From the human T2T-CHM13v2.0 reference genome, Homo sapiens: a stretch of 64,000 bases of DNA. The number at the start of each line of letters is the position of its first letter. Within the stretch, counting starts at the first letter, position 1. The notes below the pieces were generated by a model. It did no database searches, was not told the origin of the DNA, and saw nothing but the letters and a program-made list of their open reading frames with translations. The stretch is from the NCBI RefSeq assembly GCF_009914755.1, contig NC_060941.1; one strand, written 5' to 3'. This document shows, one piece after another, positions 15,725-30,309 of this stretch. Both the position numbers and the translations under genes were made by a program.

Positions 15725-16560
15725 TTTAATTAAACTTACTTTGAGAAAATTGTGAATTCACATTGCAGCTGTAAGAAACAACTGTAGAGAGACCCTCTGT
15801 GCCCTTCACCACTTCCTCTGGTGGTAACATCACGAGGACCCAAGGTCAACGCCGCACCAGGAGAGGGACATGATGGAGTCCAGATCCAGATGTCCCAGGG
15901 CACGAGCACCCGAGGCGCCCCTTACAGCCACTGGCAGCCCCTCAACGGCAGCCGCTGTGCTATCCCGACGCCGTGGCTGTGCTATCCCGACGCCGTGGCT
16001 GTGCTCTCCAGAGCATGATCCGGGAACGTGCAGGAGGCGGCCTTCTGTGCCCGGCTTTCGCACTGCTCCTCGGCTCCCAGGACAGGCTTCCAGTCACTGC
16101 ATGTAACAGTAGTCAGGTCCTGTGCTGGCGATCCCGAACATTCAAGTTCAGGTTTGTCTGTGAACAGCGTCTTCAATCCACTGGGATAAATGCCCAGGAG
16201 AGCAACTGCCGGGTCACAGAACAGTTACATGTTTAGTTTTTACAGGAACTTCCAAACAGTCTCCAGAGTGGTTGCGCCGTCTCTCACCCTCAGTGATGCA
16301 TGAGGATCCAGCTTCTCTGCCTCTCGCCAGCACTGGGTGTCTCGGTTTTCATTCCGTTCTGATGGCACCGTGCTTTAACACAGGCTCCCTGAAGGCTGGC
16401 GAGGAGCATCTTTTCGCCTGGTTCTTTGCCGTCTGTACACCCTCCTTAGTGAAATGTCTTTTCATGTATTTTGCTCATTTTCTAATTGGAACAAACGTGC
16501 TCGGCCATGGCTGTGTAATTCTTTTCATATGCTGCTGAATTCTATCTGTGAACCTTTCAT
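15725..16560 (-). mobile_element. Old L1M 3' relic
   Basis: Reverse-strand L1M-type segments (tgggataaatgcccaggag...; aaatgtcttttcatgtattttgctcattttctaattgg). Confidence 0.6.
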
Positions 16561-18092
16561 GTCTCTCTCCTAAAGCACATGCTAAAAATAGTTGTGAATT
16601 AGGACAGCTCTGGAGCCGCCGCCCTGCCCAGCGAGTTTTCCCCACACCCAATCTGACCGAGATGCATTTCTAAACTGTTTGGTGTGTCTGTTTCTGTGCA
16701 TCCTGCATAGCATCTACCTACGTACAATTGCATCTGTTTCCTGGTCTTGTCTATACTGTCTCACGTTTGACTGCTGAACAGAAAAGATTTTGAGGGAAGC
16801 TGATCAAAAGCTGGAGGTAGAAGTCCTTTGTTCCAAAACGTGAAGACTGAGAGGCTCAGCATCTACACACAAACACCGAGACCCTGAGGCCAGCACTGCC
16901 GGGTCCTGGGAGGCAGCTGTGGGCGACAGGTGAGTACACGCCAGCCCACTCCTGAGAGCCTGGATCCCGCTGGGGCATGAGAGGCGCCTCTCGGACGGGG
17001 GCTGATTGACGCCTGCTTCCACTGCGCATGCCCGACCCCTCCCCATGACTCCCCCAGCTTCATGCTTCCCTGGAAAGGTAAAGCCACACCGGGTCTCTCA
17101 CCAAGAGTGAGGACGGGGTGGGGGAATCCTGTGAAACTAGAGGCCCGAGGCTGGCAATTCCTGTGGCTTTAATTAACCACGAGCCACGAGCATTGGTCTA
17201 TAAACGGAGGAGGTGAGAGGATCTTTTTTGGCCTCAACATTTTTTAACCTTGGAAGAAGGCAGCAAGCTCTCTCCCGTGCAACTGCATCTAAACAGCAGT
17301 AGGAAGGCGTGGATTCCAGACAGACCAACAGCGTCCAGCCGCGATGCTGCCGGCACCTTCCTCTGCAGGAGACCTCGCGCTCTCAAGAGGAGGCGCAGGG
17401 AAGAGGCACGCTCTCAAGAGGAGGAGGAGGCGCAGGGAAGAGGTGCGCTATGCGCTTAATCCTGCACCGAGACGTCAGATTCTCAGGGCAGGAGCTTTTG
17501 TGGGCACCGCACCTAGCACAGGGCCTGGACCCAGTGAGCAGATGTGAATGAGAGGCCTGTGCGCTGGCCTGAGAGGCTGGCTAACTTTCTCCAGGTTCCT
17601 AGAAGAAGCCACTTTCAAGGCTTTCGAGAAGTGTTGTGAGCTAATTCATTTGAAAGCCTCTGTGCCAACAGGCGGAGCAGAAAGCGCAGGCCGCTGGAGT
17701 TGATCCCAACAAGCAATCTTGGAACTCTTTCTGAATTTATACGGGGACCACCAGGATCTGGCAATTCCACCGAAAAAAAGAGTCAGAACGTTGAAAGGAA
17801 TAGGATACTGACAGAAGGGAGGTGTGAGGGGACACGGGGGGCTGTGCTCCCTAAGTTGCCTGCCACAGTCCCTCCCTGCCTGCCCTCCTCACATGGCCAT
17901 CGACCCTCAAGCACTGAGAGGTGAGGTCTGCGCTCCCTCCCCTCAAATCTGGGGTCAGCATGACACCACGTGACACGGTGCTCTGGGGCTACATTGTCAA
18001 AGGCAACGCAGCTTCTGGCAGGCTCTCCTGGACACTTGTTCTTGCAGCCACCATGCTGCGAGGAAGCCTGAGCAGCTTCGTGGAGAGAAAGC

Positions 18093-18247
18093 GCCCAGCC
18101 CGGATCCCTGCCATTGAGCGAGTGCGCGGGCTCCAGATGATCCCAGCCAGGGTCCCTGCCGCCGAGCGAGTGCGCGGGCTCCAGATGATCCCAGCCCGGA
18201 TCCCTGCCGCCGAACGAGTGTGCGGGCTCGAGATGATCCCAGCCCGG
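18093..18247. repeat. 48-bp tandem repeat x3, within a probable MLT1 LTR relic (~17830-18310)
   Basis: Unit ccagcccggatccctgccgccgagcgagtgcgcgggctccagatgatc. Confidence 0.85.
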
Positions 18248-18325
18248 CAGTCCAGAGGTGAGGATGCCTGCGAATGGAGACAAGCGGCCCTTCCTGACCC
18301 ACAAAGACGGAAACTCAGACTTGCA

Positions 18326-18445
18326 AGGTGAACCCATCACACAGAAGGAAACTCACACCCCCAGGTGAACCCATCACACAGAAGGAAACTCACACTCCCA
18401 AGTGAACCCATCACACAGAAGGAAACTCACACCCTCGAGGTGAGT
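18326..18445. repeat. ~37-bp tandem repeat x3
   Basis: Unit aggtgaacccatcacacagaaggaaactcacacccc. Confidence 0.85.
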
Positions 18446-18488
18446 CCCCCATCATAAAACGTAACTCAGGGCTGGAACGTAACTCAGG

Positions 18489-18885
<397 letters not shown>

Positions 18886-19274
18886 CTAAAGACGGTGGCA
18901 AGAAGGTCAGGGCTGCTGGGGCTGCAGCTCAGACTCCCCGTGGATTCGCCACAGAGGCTGAGTCCTGAAGACGGCAAAGGGGCGAGACCTTCGATGGGCA
19001 GCGCAGGAGGGTCAAGCGTGTCTGGGTGAACCCAGGTGAGGTGCCCTCGGTGCATGGTGCTGGGTGCGAGGGAGGAAGGAGGGGCCGGGCTGAGGCGGGA
19101 GGCAAATGAACGCAGAGAGCTCAGAAGGGCCCCTTCCCAGAAAGACACGTTTCTGGCACAGACTCAAGAAGTCAGCTTCTGAATTACACTGAAGGAAAGA
19201 AAAGAAACCAGTTGCATTTTTGACACTAACATCAGCTCCCTGGGGCCACTGCCTTGGAGTGAACGACTCCCCCA

Positions 19275-19500
19275 CTGCTGTGGGGGAGGGGGGGCTGTGG
19301 GGGAGGGGAGCTGTGGGGGAAGGGAGCTGTGGAGGCCCCTGGTGTGGGGGGGCTGTGGGGGCCCCTGGTGTGGGGGGGCTGCCCGGCGGGGGGCTGGGGG
19401 GGCTGTGGGGGCCCCTGGTGTGTGGAGCTGCAGGGGACCCTGGTGTGGGGGGGGCTGCGGGGGCCCCTGGTGTGGGGTGCTGTGGGCAGCCAGGGGTGCC
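19275..19500 (+). repeat. G-rich degenerate repeat
   Basis: Repeated ggcccctggtgtggggggggctg units with many G4-G8 runs. Confidence 0.8.
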
Positions 19501-21208
19501 TGGGGAGCTCGTTCAACCACCAGGCAGGCGGCTCTTCTCCAGCACTGCTGCTGCTGAGCCACGCCCCAGGGTCCAGAGTCACCAGCACCGGGGGCTTCGG
19601 CCGCCACTCCTGAGCAGCGATGTTGAAGGCGAAGGTGAAGGAGGAGCACCCAGGCCTGACAGCCCGAACTACAGCCCAGCAGAGCCCGGAGGCAGCCGTC
19701 CAGTGTGACCCTGTCACTCCCTGCCCCCGGAGCGAAGAGCACGGTCAGAGGAGAGCCCACAAGCACTCCAACTTCAAGAGCTGAGTCAGTCACTGCAACA
19801 GCTTCTGCCTCTCCAAGGCCCAGTCTGGCATGTTCTGCCCCTTCCAGCTTGGGAAGTCACACACCGGTCTGGGCATGGGCTCACAGGGCTGGGGGCCGTG
19901 GCCCTCCCAGGCTGCATGTGCAGAGGGGCTGACGCCCCAGCCCTGTGCTCTGGGACTTCCTCAGACAAAGGCTGCAGAGTGCACCGCGGACTTCATTTAA
20001 ACAGAACACCTGGAAGTCCTGTTTATTTAAGTTAACACGCAGCTTCTTGTGGGGGCAGAAGTGGAAGCAGGGAGAGTCGGCTGCCGTGCCGTCTGGATGA
20101 TTATGGCTTGGCACAGGCAAGGAGCGGGGAACGGCGCCCAGGATGCAGGGCACGGCGGCTCCACCCATTCCCCCGACAGGCAAGCTGTGGCCCAGGCTGC
20201 TTCACAGGAACCCTCCCGTCTTTGTTCCTCCGCGTCGCTTCCCTACACCTCCCTGCATGCTCCATCCCAGTGCACGAGGGTGGGTGAGGCTGTACCCTAA
20301 GGTGGAGCACCTGCCCTCACGGGGCTGTACCCCGAGGACTGGTCTTGAACGTTGGGAACAGAGATCAGCTCTGGAAAGGAGCTGGGTGGAGCCAGGGCAG
20401 CCTTCGTGTTTGGTCTGGGGTGGTCTAGAGGTGACCAAGAATGCAGGCTTTCCTCTCCGATGTCTCCTGAGCCCAGGCACAGAGGTGGGAAACCACAGGG
20501 TGCACAGTGTCAGGAATCCAAGGGTCAGCCGGGGCGAGAGGAGGAGGAAGGACGGGGGTTGGCTGGCCCTCAGGAACGGGGGCAAGTTACAGGGCGCAAT
20601 GCGGGTTCCCTGTTCTTGCTAACCTTGGATAACGATGCTCTACATGCAGGATTCCTAAAGTTCTGCAGTGATTTATCTACATGCAAATGCACGATTTATG
20701 AAAGCCGCCATCAAAGGTCCTTCCTAATTAGCTGGTTTCTTGTAAAAGATCTTAAGAAAACAACGACCAAGTACAAGTATCTCAGCGTTTATTTCATTCT
20801 CTCAGGACAAACTACACAATGTAATTCACGTAACCACGAACCAGCAACTGCAAATTAAGATTTTTGTAGGTCATGATTTCTAAAAAATCCAGCCACGCAA
20901 TAACAGCCTTTCTAAAGCTGACTTTGTTTTAGTGAAACAAAACTGTGATGACATCCCTAAGCTTCCTCCAGAAGAGCTTCGACGTGGAGAAACGGGGTGG
21001 ACGCTCCACCTAACCGCGCCATTGGGAAAAGAGGAGGCACCTGGAGCAGAAGCTTCTCTCCCAAGTGCACAACAGAGCATCAGCGAAGGCAGTGAGAAGA
21101 GTAGCAAGAAAAAGGTTTAAAATCATCGATGAAAATGGAAATTAAGCTTGTCTTATTACAATTAAGACAAACTGACCATGTGCATTTTCCCCACATTCCT
21201 GTGGGGAA

Positions 21209-21478
21209 TCCCAGCTCGTTTGAACACACGCCACGAACTCCTGGTATCCGTAAGTATCCCAGCTCGTTTGAACACACGCCACGAACTCCTCGTATCCATA
21301 AGTATCCCAGCTCGTTTGAACACACGCCACGAACTCCTCGTATCCATAAGTCTCCCAGCTCGTTTGAACACACGCCACGAACTCCTCGTATCCATAAGTC
21401 TCCCAGCTCGTTTGAACACACGCCACGAACTCCTCGTATCCATAAGTCTCCCAGCTCGTTTGAACACATGCCACGAAG
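21209..21478. repeat. 48-bp VNTR, ~5.5 copies
   Basis: Unit cccagctcgtttgaacacacgccacgaactcctcgtatccataagt(a/c)t. Confidence 0.95.
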
Positions 21479-23605
21479 AACTGCCAAAGGCAACTCCATT
21501 AATGAAGCCAATCTGGGCTTGTTTTTCAGTATGGAAATGAAAACATCTGAAAGTATCTCCTCCACTAAAATGTCAACACTCCTAACAAAATTCCTTAGAC
21601 GTCTGTATGATTGATTCTAAATAGCTGGCAACTGTCATTTCTAGCTGTGTAAAAATCGCTGTGGCACCTCACATACGGACGGCTCAGTCCAGCCACGGTT
21701 TCCAGCTCACGGGCCGGCACAGGGTCTGCTCCACCTTCCAGTCCACAGGACCACACAGCTGCAGGGACGCAAAGGGAGCCGTTGGGCAGCTAACGTGGCA
21801 GGGACGCCCCTTTCCTCTCCAGCCTCCATGTGCGATATCTCACACCTCTGCAAAAGGCCCTCCTGGAAACCCCAGACTCTGCACTTTCCTCACATAAACT
21901 GTCCACAGAAGTCCATCCCGAAGGACATTTTCCCCCATTTTCCCCCTATTCCCCACAAAGGAACTGGACTGGAAAAACCGTCTGTGATCACTCTCTGTTT
22001 CCACATGACTGAAACCCCACAGCACCTGTGGCTGGGGTAGAAATCACCCCTAATCCCTAGATCCCCGGGCCCCCCGTCCCACCCGACAAGCAGACACTCT
22101 CGGACGTCTCTCCCAGGCAGTCCATGCCTGTAAACTTCCAGAAACTGACTTCCGGAGCCTGTGGCCCCGATTGCCATGGATATGCTGTCACACTCTCACA
22201 CGTATTTGTGGTTGCTACGGAGAAACATTCAGACATATTTGCGGTTCCTAAACTTTGCAAACACGTGACCCTTTTAAGAATCTGCTACAAGCCACAGAGC
22301 TCTCTCCTGCCCTCACAGAAAATGTGCCCCCACAGAAGGCCCTGCAGCCACGCTGGGGCCACTGAGCCCCAGGACCCGACACACCCCCAAAGGAGGCAAC
22401 CGTGTGGGGCCCTCTGCACCCGAGAAGGTGGCCTGTGTCTCAGTCTGTCTCCTGCCTCACGTGAGACGCAAACCTCCGTGCAGCCGGCTGCACCCCCAGC
22501 ACCGCCCACCCCCAGCGCACCAGCCCTGCCCCCATCCCAACCCCCCTCCCCCTCAATGCTGCCCCCCCAAACCCCCACACCCTTTCCCCCCTCCCAACCC
22601 CCTCTGGTTCCAACACCCAGGCCCTCCCCTTCAGACGCCCCCAGCACACCCGTCCTGCCCTTGCCCCCCTGCCCGACCCCCCACAGGGTGAACTGTCACG
22701 AGCACCCACTCTGTGGGGAGCTGGGCTCCCAGCACCGTGTGGGCCAGACCCTGCCGTGACCAGGCCCGTCTGTGACCTGACCAGGATGTGACCAGAGCCG
22801 GCCGTGACTGAACCGTGTGGTGACCCAACCGCACACGTGCCCACGACGCACAGCCCCGCGGGGGGAGGGCAGAGGGGCCTGTCCAGGGTGAGCGCCAAAC
22901 TGCCCGGGGGACGGACACTGTGGGCGCTGGACAGTTATGGATCCCTCAGTGTTAAAACCCAAGTGATCACTGCTGTGATTCAAAGTCTTCTAAAACTTGA
23001 GCGAGATCTCTGAGGACACAGTCACCTTCCCTGAAGCCAGCAGGAGCCTCGCGGTGGCTGAGACACCAGCTCCAGGGATCCCTGGGCCATGTGTCCCCAC
23101 CATCTGCGGTGGGGGATGGAGGAGCCCACGGGGCACTGCTGTGCTTCCTCCCCACTGGGCGGAGGAGCCCACGGGGCACTGCTGGGCTGAGGAGGGGCCC
23201 CAGGAAGCCTGGCTTTGGAGGGGCAACTGAGAAGCCGTTCTAAAGATAAAAACCGTAATTTAAGATCGTCTAAATAAGAAAAACGTTTAACTGTGAACAC
23301 GGTATAGCTCTCAGCCTGTGTTTTCATGTCTAAGGCGCTCAGCTTCTAAAACGCTGATTAAAAACAAACAACACAACCACCTTTGCACCCTACGAAAATA
23401 ACAGGAGAAAAATCAGGGGCATGTTTTTCTCCAAAGGAAAACACCCTCCAGGGCTCAGAGACATGCCAGCCACAGATCCCTCTCCGTGACTTGACAGTCT
23501 CACCATAGCCTGATTCTTTCCACCCCTAGGAAAACTCTTTATTTAAAAAACCACAGTGGTAATTTCACTAAAGGTAGTAACGACACTAAGGAGGCCAGTA
23601 CTTAC

Positions 23606-23671
23606 GCTCGACGGGTGCTGAACGGCAGCCTCGTGTTGCAGCCTCACCCGCTGGGGCATCATGACGTCATC
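23606..23671 (-). CDS. B3GNTL1: B3GNTL1 exon 5 ([22 protein letters not shown])
   Basis: Acceptor tctttactgcag|GAT, donor AGC|gtaagt, 66 nt. Completes the DxD motif (FLDS|DD). Confidence 0.96.
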
Positions 23672-23734
23672 CTGCAGTAAAGAACACACTTTCCGTTTGT
23701 TTGTTTGCATTGATTGATGCATAGACTAATACAG

Positions 23735-23872
23735 TCCCGCTTTATTGCCCAGGCTGGAGTGCAACGGCACAATCATAGCTCACTGCAGCCTCAAACTCCC
23801 GGCTTCAACTGATCCTCTCGCCTCAGCCTCCCAAAGAGTTGGGATTACAGGCTTGAGCCACCATGCTCAGCC
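23735..23872 (-). mobile_element. FLAM/AluJ monomer
   Basis: Single diverged Alu arm, about 65 nt upstream of the exon 5 acceptor. Confidence 0.75.
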
Positions 23873-24127
23873 CCAAGAACATATTTTAAACTCACATAAA
23901 GCAATTCCTACAAATAAGTAAGAAAACGATAGACAATCCAACAGCAAAACAGGCAAGGGCCTTGAACAGGCCATTCAGACAAGAGGATTTCCAGTGGACC
24001 AACAACCTCGTCAGCCATCAGAGAAATGTAATTAGTTATGCAGCGGAGAAGGAAAAATAAAAAATGCTGACAATTCCAAGTGTACTTAATTAGGCAGAAC
24101 AAGAGCTCCCATGCACTGCTGGCTGCG

Positions 24128-24433
24128 ATGAGGACCTGTTACCACTGTGGAGGGGGACCGTCTGCAGTGAAGACCTGCCACCACTGTTGAGGGGACCGTC
24201 TGCGGTGAGGACCTGCCACCACTGTGGAGGGGACCGTCTGCGGTGAGGACCTGCCACCACTGTGGAGGGGGACCGTCTGCGGTGAGGACCTGCCACCACT
24301 GTGGAGGGGACCGTCTGCGGTGAGGACCTGCCACCACTGTGGAGGGGGACCGTCTGCGGTGAGGACCTGCCACCACTGTGGAGGGGACCGTCTGCGGTGA
24401 GGACCTGCCACCACTGTGGAGGGGACCGTCTGG
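24128..24433. repeat. 38-39-bp VNTR, ~8 copies, inside an L1M relic
   Basis: Unit gaggacctgccaccactgtggagggg(g)accgtctgcggt. Confidence 0.95.
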
Positions 24434-24759
24434 CATCTTCCAGCAAAGCTGAAGATGCACTTCCCTAAGACCCTGACGTCTGACTACTTGGGTAGGAAAA
24501 GCCCTACTCACACACACAGACATGCTCACGGCAGCTCATTCAAATGTGGAAAGAACCCAGTGAGTGAGAATAGCAGATACATGAATTGTGCATGTTATTT
24601 TCAAATGCCATTCAGCAGCTGAACACAACAGAAATTTCACAAGCCTAATGTTCAGTGAAAGAAGCAAGACACAAGAATATACATGGTATTTTCCCCTTAT
24701 TTAAATTCAAAACCAAGCCAAATAAACCATATTATTTAAGAAATGCACACACAGTGTGT

Positions 24760-25093
24760 ACCAGGGTCCCAATTCCCGGGGAAGCGGGCTGGTGCCGCGC
24801 CATGGACCAGGCCACACAGCAGGAGTGAGCGGCGGCCGGGCGAGCGTCACGGCCTGAGCTGCCCCTCCTGTCAGAGCAGCGGCTGCATTAGACCCTCGCA
24901 GGAGCGCAAACCCTACTGTGAACTGCACACGCGAGGAATCCAGGTCACAGACTCCTTATGAGCATCTAACTAATGCTGACGGCCTGAGGTGGAACTGTTT
25001 CATCCCAAAACCACGCCCCCCCACCATCGGTCTGTGAAAACATTGTCTTCCACAAAACCTGTCCCTGGTGCCAAAAAGGCTGGGGACCACGGA
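24760..25093. mobile_element. MER1B-like hAT-Charlie DNA element
   Basis: cagggtccc...gcaaaccctactgtgaactgcac...aaacctgtccctggtgccaaaaaggctggggaccac. Confidence 0.8.
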
Positions 25094-25559
25094 TATAAAC
25101 CATAAAGAAAAGCAACAACATTATAACCTTGAAGATCAGAAGAGTGGTCACTTTTTGGGGGGAAGTCGAGGTGGGGGCATGGGTGGGACAGTCCCTTTAA
25201 GGTGCCGGCCATAAGCATTTATTGATCGAGTGGTAGCTACACAAATATTTGCTTCATAATTAACTTGTAAATTAATGGATATTTATGTTTTGTGCATTTT
25301 TCTGTGGGTGTATTCTATCTCATGATAAAAAAATTAAGTGGAAGAACAGCAAAGGTTTAAGTACATGAGTAAAAGGTACAAATGTACTCAATAGCAGAAA
25401 TAAGAATAATGTCATTGGAAGGATATCTGTTTTTAAGCTGAACGCTAAGATGAACTAAAATACCCATATTTATGTCTCTTATTCCCGCAAAACGGCCTTA
25501 GGACATTCAGATCATCCAACGAACCATGCTGAGGGAAGCCGAGAGGAACCTAGTGGGGC

Positions 25560-25950
25560 TGAAGAGAGGAGGCTGGGGACAGAGGGGAAGTGGGAGGAGG
25601 GCAGAGAGAAGAGAATAAAGGAGGGTGGAGAATGGAGGAGTGAGAAGGGATGGAGGGAGGAGGGAAGAGGGCAGAAGAGGAGGGTGGAGAAGGGAGTAGG
25701 GAAGAGAACAGGAGGTTGGAGAGTGGAGGAGGGAGAAGGGGAGAGGACAGAAGAGGAGGGGGGAGGAGGGAGGAGGGACAGAAGAAGGAGGGAGGAGGCA
25801 GGTGGAGGGTGGAGGGAAGTGGGGGTTGGGGAGAGAGAATAGAGGAGGGAGGGTGGAGGAGAGAGGAGAAGGGAGGAGGGAAGAAGGAGGATGAAGGTGG
25901 AGAAGGGAGATGGAAGGAGGGAGGAGGGAGGAAGGAGGAGGAGGAGGGCT
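25560..25950 (+). repeat. Polypurine GA-rich low-complexity tract
   Basis: About 390 bp almost entirely G/A. Confidence 0.9.
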
Positions 25951-26204
25951 AAAAACCTGCATATGACCCTGACAGGTATTTCAAAAAGAAGAGCTGAGGA
26001 GGCTCAAAGGAACCACAGGCACCACCTAAGGGGCACGTCACTAACCTTCAAACACGGGACCCTCAAACCTTCCGACCCCTGGTCTAGACACCTAATCCCC
26101 GATGCCCCAAGCCCAGGCTAAATGTCCTGTGGGAAAGTCTCTTGCACCTTCTAGAACCAGGGCCAGGCCAGTTCTTCTATGGAGTTGGCCCTCAAAAATA
26201 TTTG

Positions 26205-26864
<660 letters not shown>

Positions 26865-26865
<1 letters not shown>

Positions 26866-27515
26866 ACACACGGTGTGCCTGCATCGAGTACCACATGTGC
26901 TCCGTGAACATGGTGCGCCTGTATCAGGTACCGCACGTGCTCCATGAACACCGTGCGCCTGTATCAGGTACCACATGTGCTCCACAAACACGGTGTGCCT
27001 GTATCGGGTACCACACGTGCTCCACAAACACGACGTGCCTGCATCAGGTACCACACGTGCTCCACAAACACGGTGCGCCTGTATCAGGTACCACACGTGC
27101 TCCGTGAACACCGTGCGCCTGTATCAGGTACCACACGTGCTCCGTGAACACCGTGCGCCTGTATCAGGTACCACACGTGCTCCGTGAACACCGTGCGCCT
27201 GTATCAGGTACCACACGTGCTCCACAAACACGGTGCACCTGCATCAGGTACCACACATGCTCCGCGAACACGGTGCACCTGCATCAGGTACCACACATGC
27301 TCCGCGAACATGGTGTGGCTGTATCAGGTACCACACATGCTCCACAAACACGGCGTGCCTGTATCAGGTACCACACGTGCTCCACAAACACGGTGTGCCT
27401 GTATCAGATACCACACGTGCTCCACAAACACGGTGCGCCTGCATCAGGTACCACACATGCTCCGCGAACATGGTGTGGCTGTATCATGTACCACACGTGC
27501 TCCGTGAACATGTAC
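26865..27515. repeat. 40-bp VNTR, ~16 copies
   Basis: Unit cggtgtgcctgtatcaggtaccacacgtgctccacaaaca and variants. Confidence 0.97.
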
Positions 27516-27754
27516 AACGATCCCTAAAAACTTCAAAAATATATTTGTAAAACAAATGAATAGATCTTTAATTCACTTCACCATTTATAAAACACACACA
27601 TACACTTTTTTTTTATATTTATCACACTCTTCTATGGCTGGAGAGAGAATAGCTAATATTATCTCTATTTTGTAGCCAAGAAAACGGAGGTTTGGAAAGG
27701 GTATGTAATTCTTAATACCCAAAGTCTCGTAGCAATTACATGTCAGGGTTAAAA

Positions 27755-28400
27755 TTGGATAGAACGCCTCATCCAACACCATGGTTTTCCACAGGACATT
27801 GCTTCTGACCAAGGAACTCACTTAACAGCCAAAGAAAGGTCGCAATGGGCCGGGCTCCTGGAATTAACTTCCCTCTCATGTCCCTACCATCTCGAAGCCA
27901 TGGGTCGGACAGAGGTGGGATGGCCTTTGGAGGTCCAGTTACGGCACCCATTCAGCGGCGACGCTGGCAGGGCTGGGGCGAGGCTCTCCAGAGGCCGCAC
28001 TGACTCCAAATGAGCCTCTGGGACATGGAGCTGTTTCTCCCCAGCCAGGGCTCACGGGGCCAGGAATCGAGGGGCGGACATGGGAGTGGCACTCACTGTC
28101 ACTCCTGGTGATGTACTAGGGGAGCTCCTGCTTCCTGCCCCCTGACGTTGTGGTCTACAGGCCGAGAGGTCTGGGTCCCAGGGGAGGAACACTGCCACCA
28201 GGAGACGCACGATGACGCCGCCGGAATGGAAGTTAAGACCCCACCCGGCCCCTTGGGCTCCTCATGCCTCTGAGTCCACGTCCAGAAAGGGATTGTCTGT
28301 GCTGGCCCGGGGATTGATCCTGACCACCCAGGGGGAATTGGCCTATGTGGCCACAATGGAGGCAGGACAGAGTCTATGATGCAGGAGAACCCTGGGGCGT
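27755..28400 (+). mobile_element. ERVL internal relic (integrase + dUTPase)
   Basis: From 27762 reads ERLIQHHGFPQDIASDQGTHLTAKERSQWARAPGI (ERVL integrase SDQGTHF motif). Downstream segments resemble the ERVL dUTPase (GLLMPL...GIDPDHPG). Confidence 0.8.
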
Positions 28401-28877
28401 CAAATTACTCCACAGAGAACGGTTCAAATAAAATGGCCAGTGCGCAAAGACAGCCAGGCTTATAAGTAAAAACAGACAAAATATCAGAAAACAAAAGACT
28501 TGATATATTCAAATTATCACGCACAAAATATTTTTAAAATCTATGCAAGTTGTATTTAAAAAACTAAAAGATATAAGACATGAGCAAGTCATGAAAGGAC
28601 AAATATTGTCACAGGAGGTCCCTTAGCAGAGCCAAAGTCATGGGGACTGGACGGAGACGGGTGGCAGCCAGAGGCTGGGGCGGGCAATGGGCTGTTTCAC
28701 AGGGACAGAGCTTCAGTTCGGGAAGACAGGAAAGATCTGGAGGCGGAGGCGGCGGGGGCTGCACAGCAATGTGACTGTACTTCATGCCACTGAATTAAAA
28801 ATGGCTAAAATGGTAAATTTTATGTTATATACATTTTACCACACACAAAAACTAAAAGACAAACTTGAACAATAGAA

Positions 28878-29257
<380 letters not shown>

Positions 29258-30309
29258 TAAAGAGATAGTGAATTTGAACATATATCAAAATAAATTATTC
29301 AGAATTCAGCATGAAAAGACCAGAAGATGGAAAACAGAGAGAAAAAAAGAAGAAAAACCAAAGCGATATAAAGTGTAAGAGGGTCCCAGAAAGAGAGAGA
29401 GAAAAGCTTACTGGAAACAAGCAAGCTTTGAAGAAATGACGGCTAAGAAATTTCTGAGACCGATAAGGATGCCTGCACACACAATTACAAAGCCCAGGCC
29501 AGGCAAGTCCCAGAAAACCCAGGAGCCGAGTCCACTTCCAGGAACGGACGAATAAGTTGCTTCAGAACAATATTTTCCATAGAATAGCTGGAAAAGCTAG
29601 AAAAATACTAAAACAAAACAAAATGCCTGTTGAAAGCCACTGGAGACCCACAAAGGCCACAAGGACCAAAGACCGAGGTCTGGAGCGGAGAAGCCCAGAG
29701 AGGTGAGCAGGACGCCCCTGGGGACACGATGGGGCCTTGGGGCCCAGCTCACCAGGCCACCAGCCCACCTGCCCATCGGGAGACAAAGTCAGCCCCAGGG
29801 GAGGTGATGGCCATCCCGACCATCCAGTTATTTCTAAAACCAGCGTCTCAAAGAGTTACTGATTCTGAGCGCAGTTGGGGAGAGGCCACGGCCGCATGGC
29901 ACTCCTGCCACTCCCAGGGCTGGAAGGAAACACGGGGTTCAGGGATCTGTGAGGACGGGGACTGGAGAACACCCCGAGTTTTCTGCTGGGACCCACGAGA
30001 ACCAACTGCATTTAATTTGGGGAAGACAGAGAGAGAGATCATTGCGAAGGGGCATGAAAGGGGCTTCCGAGGTGGTTACATTTTCTATGGTGGCCACAGG
30101 AATATTTGCTTTATGATACTTTATAGAGTCATACATTGTGTTCCACACGAGTATTTGCCTTATGAAGCTGTACGTACATTTGTGCCCTACATGAATATTT
30201 GCTTTATGATACTTTAATGATACTTTATGGACATTTGTGTTTTGTGCTCTTCTCTGTATGTGTTTTTCTTCATAATGAAAATGATGAAACAAACAAGAAT
30301 TTTGAACAC

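Noticed and set aside
19164-19793. 160-210-aa ORFs around the G-rich tract
   Set aside because: Low complexity, no recognisable domain and no convincing splice context.
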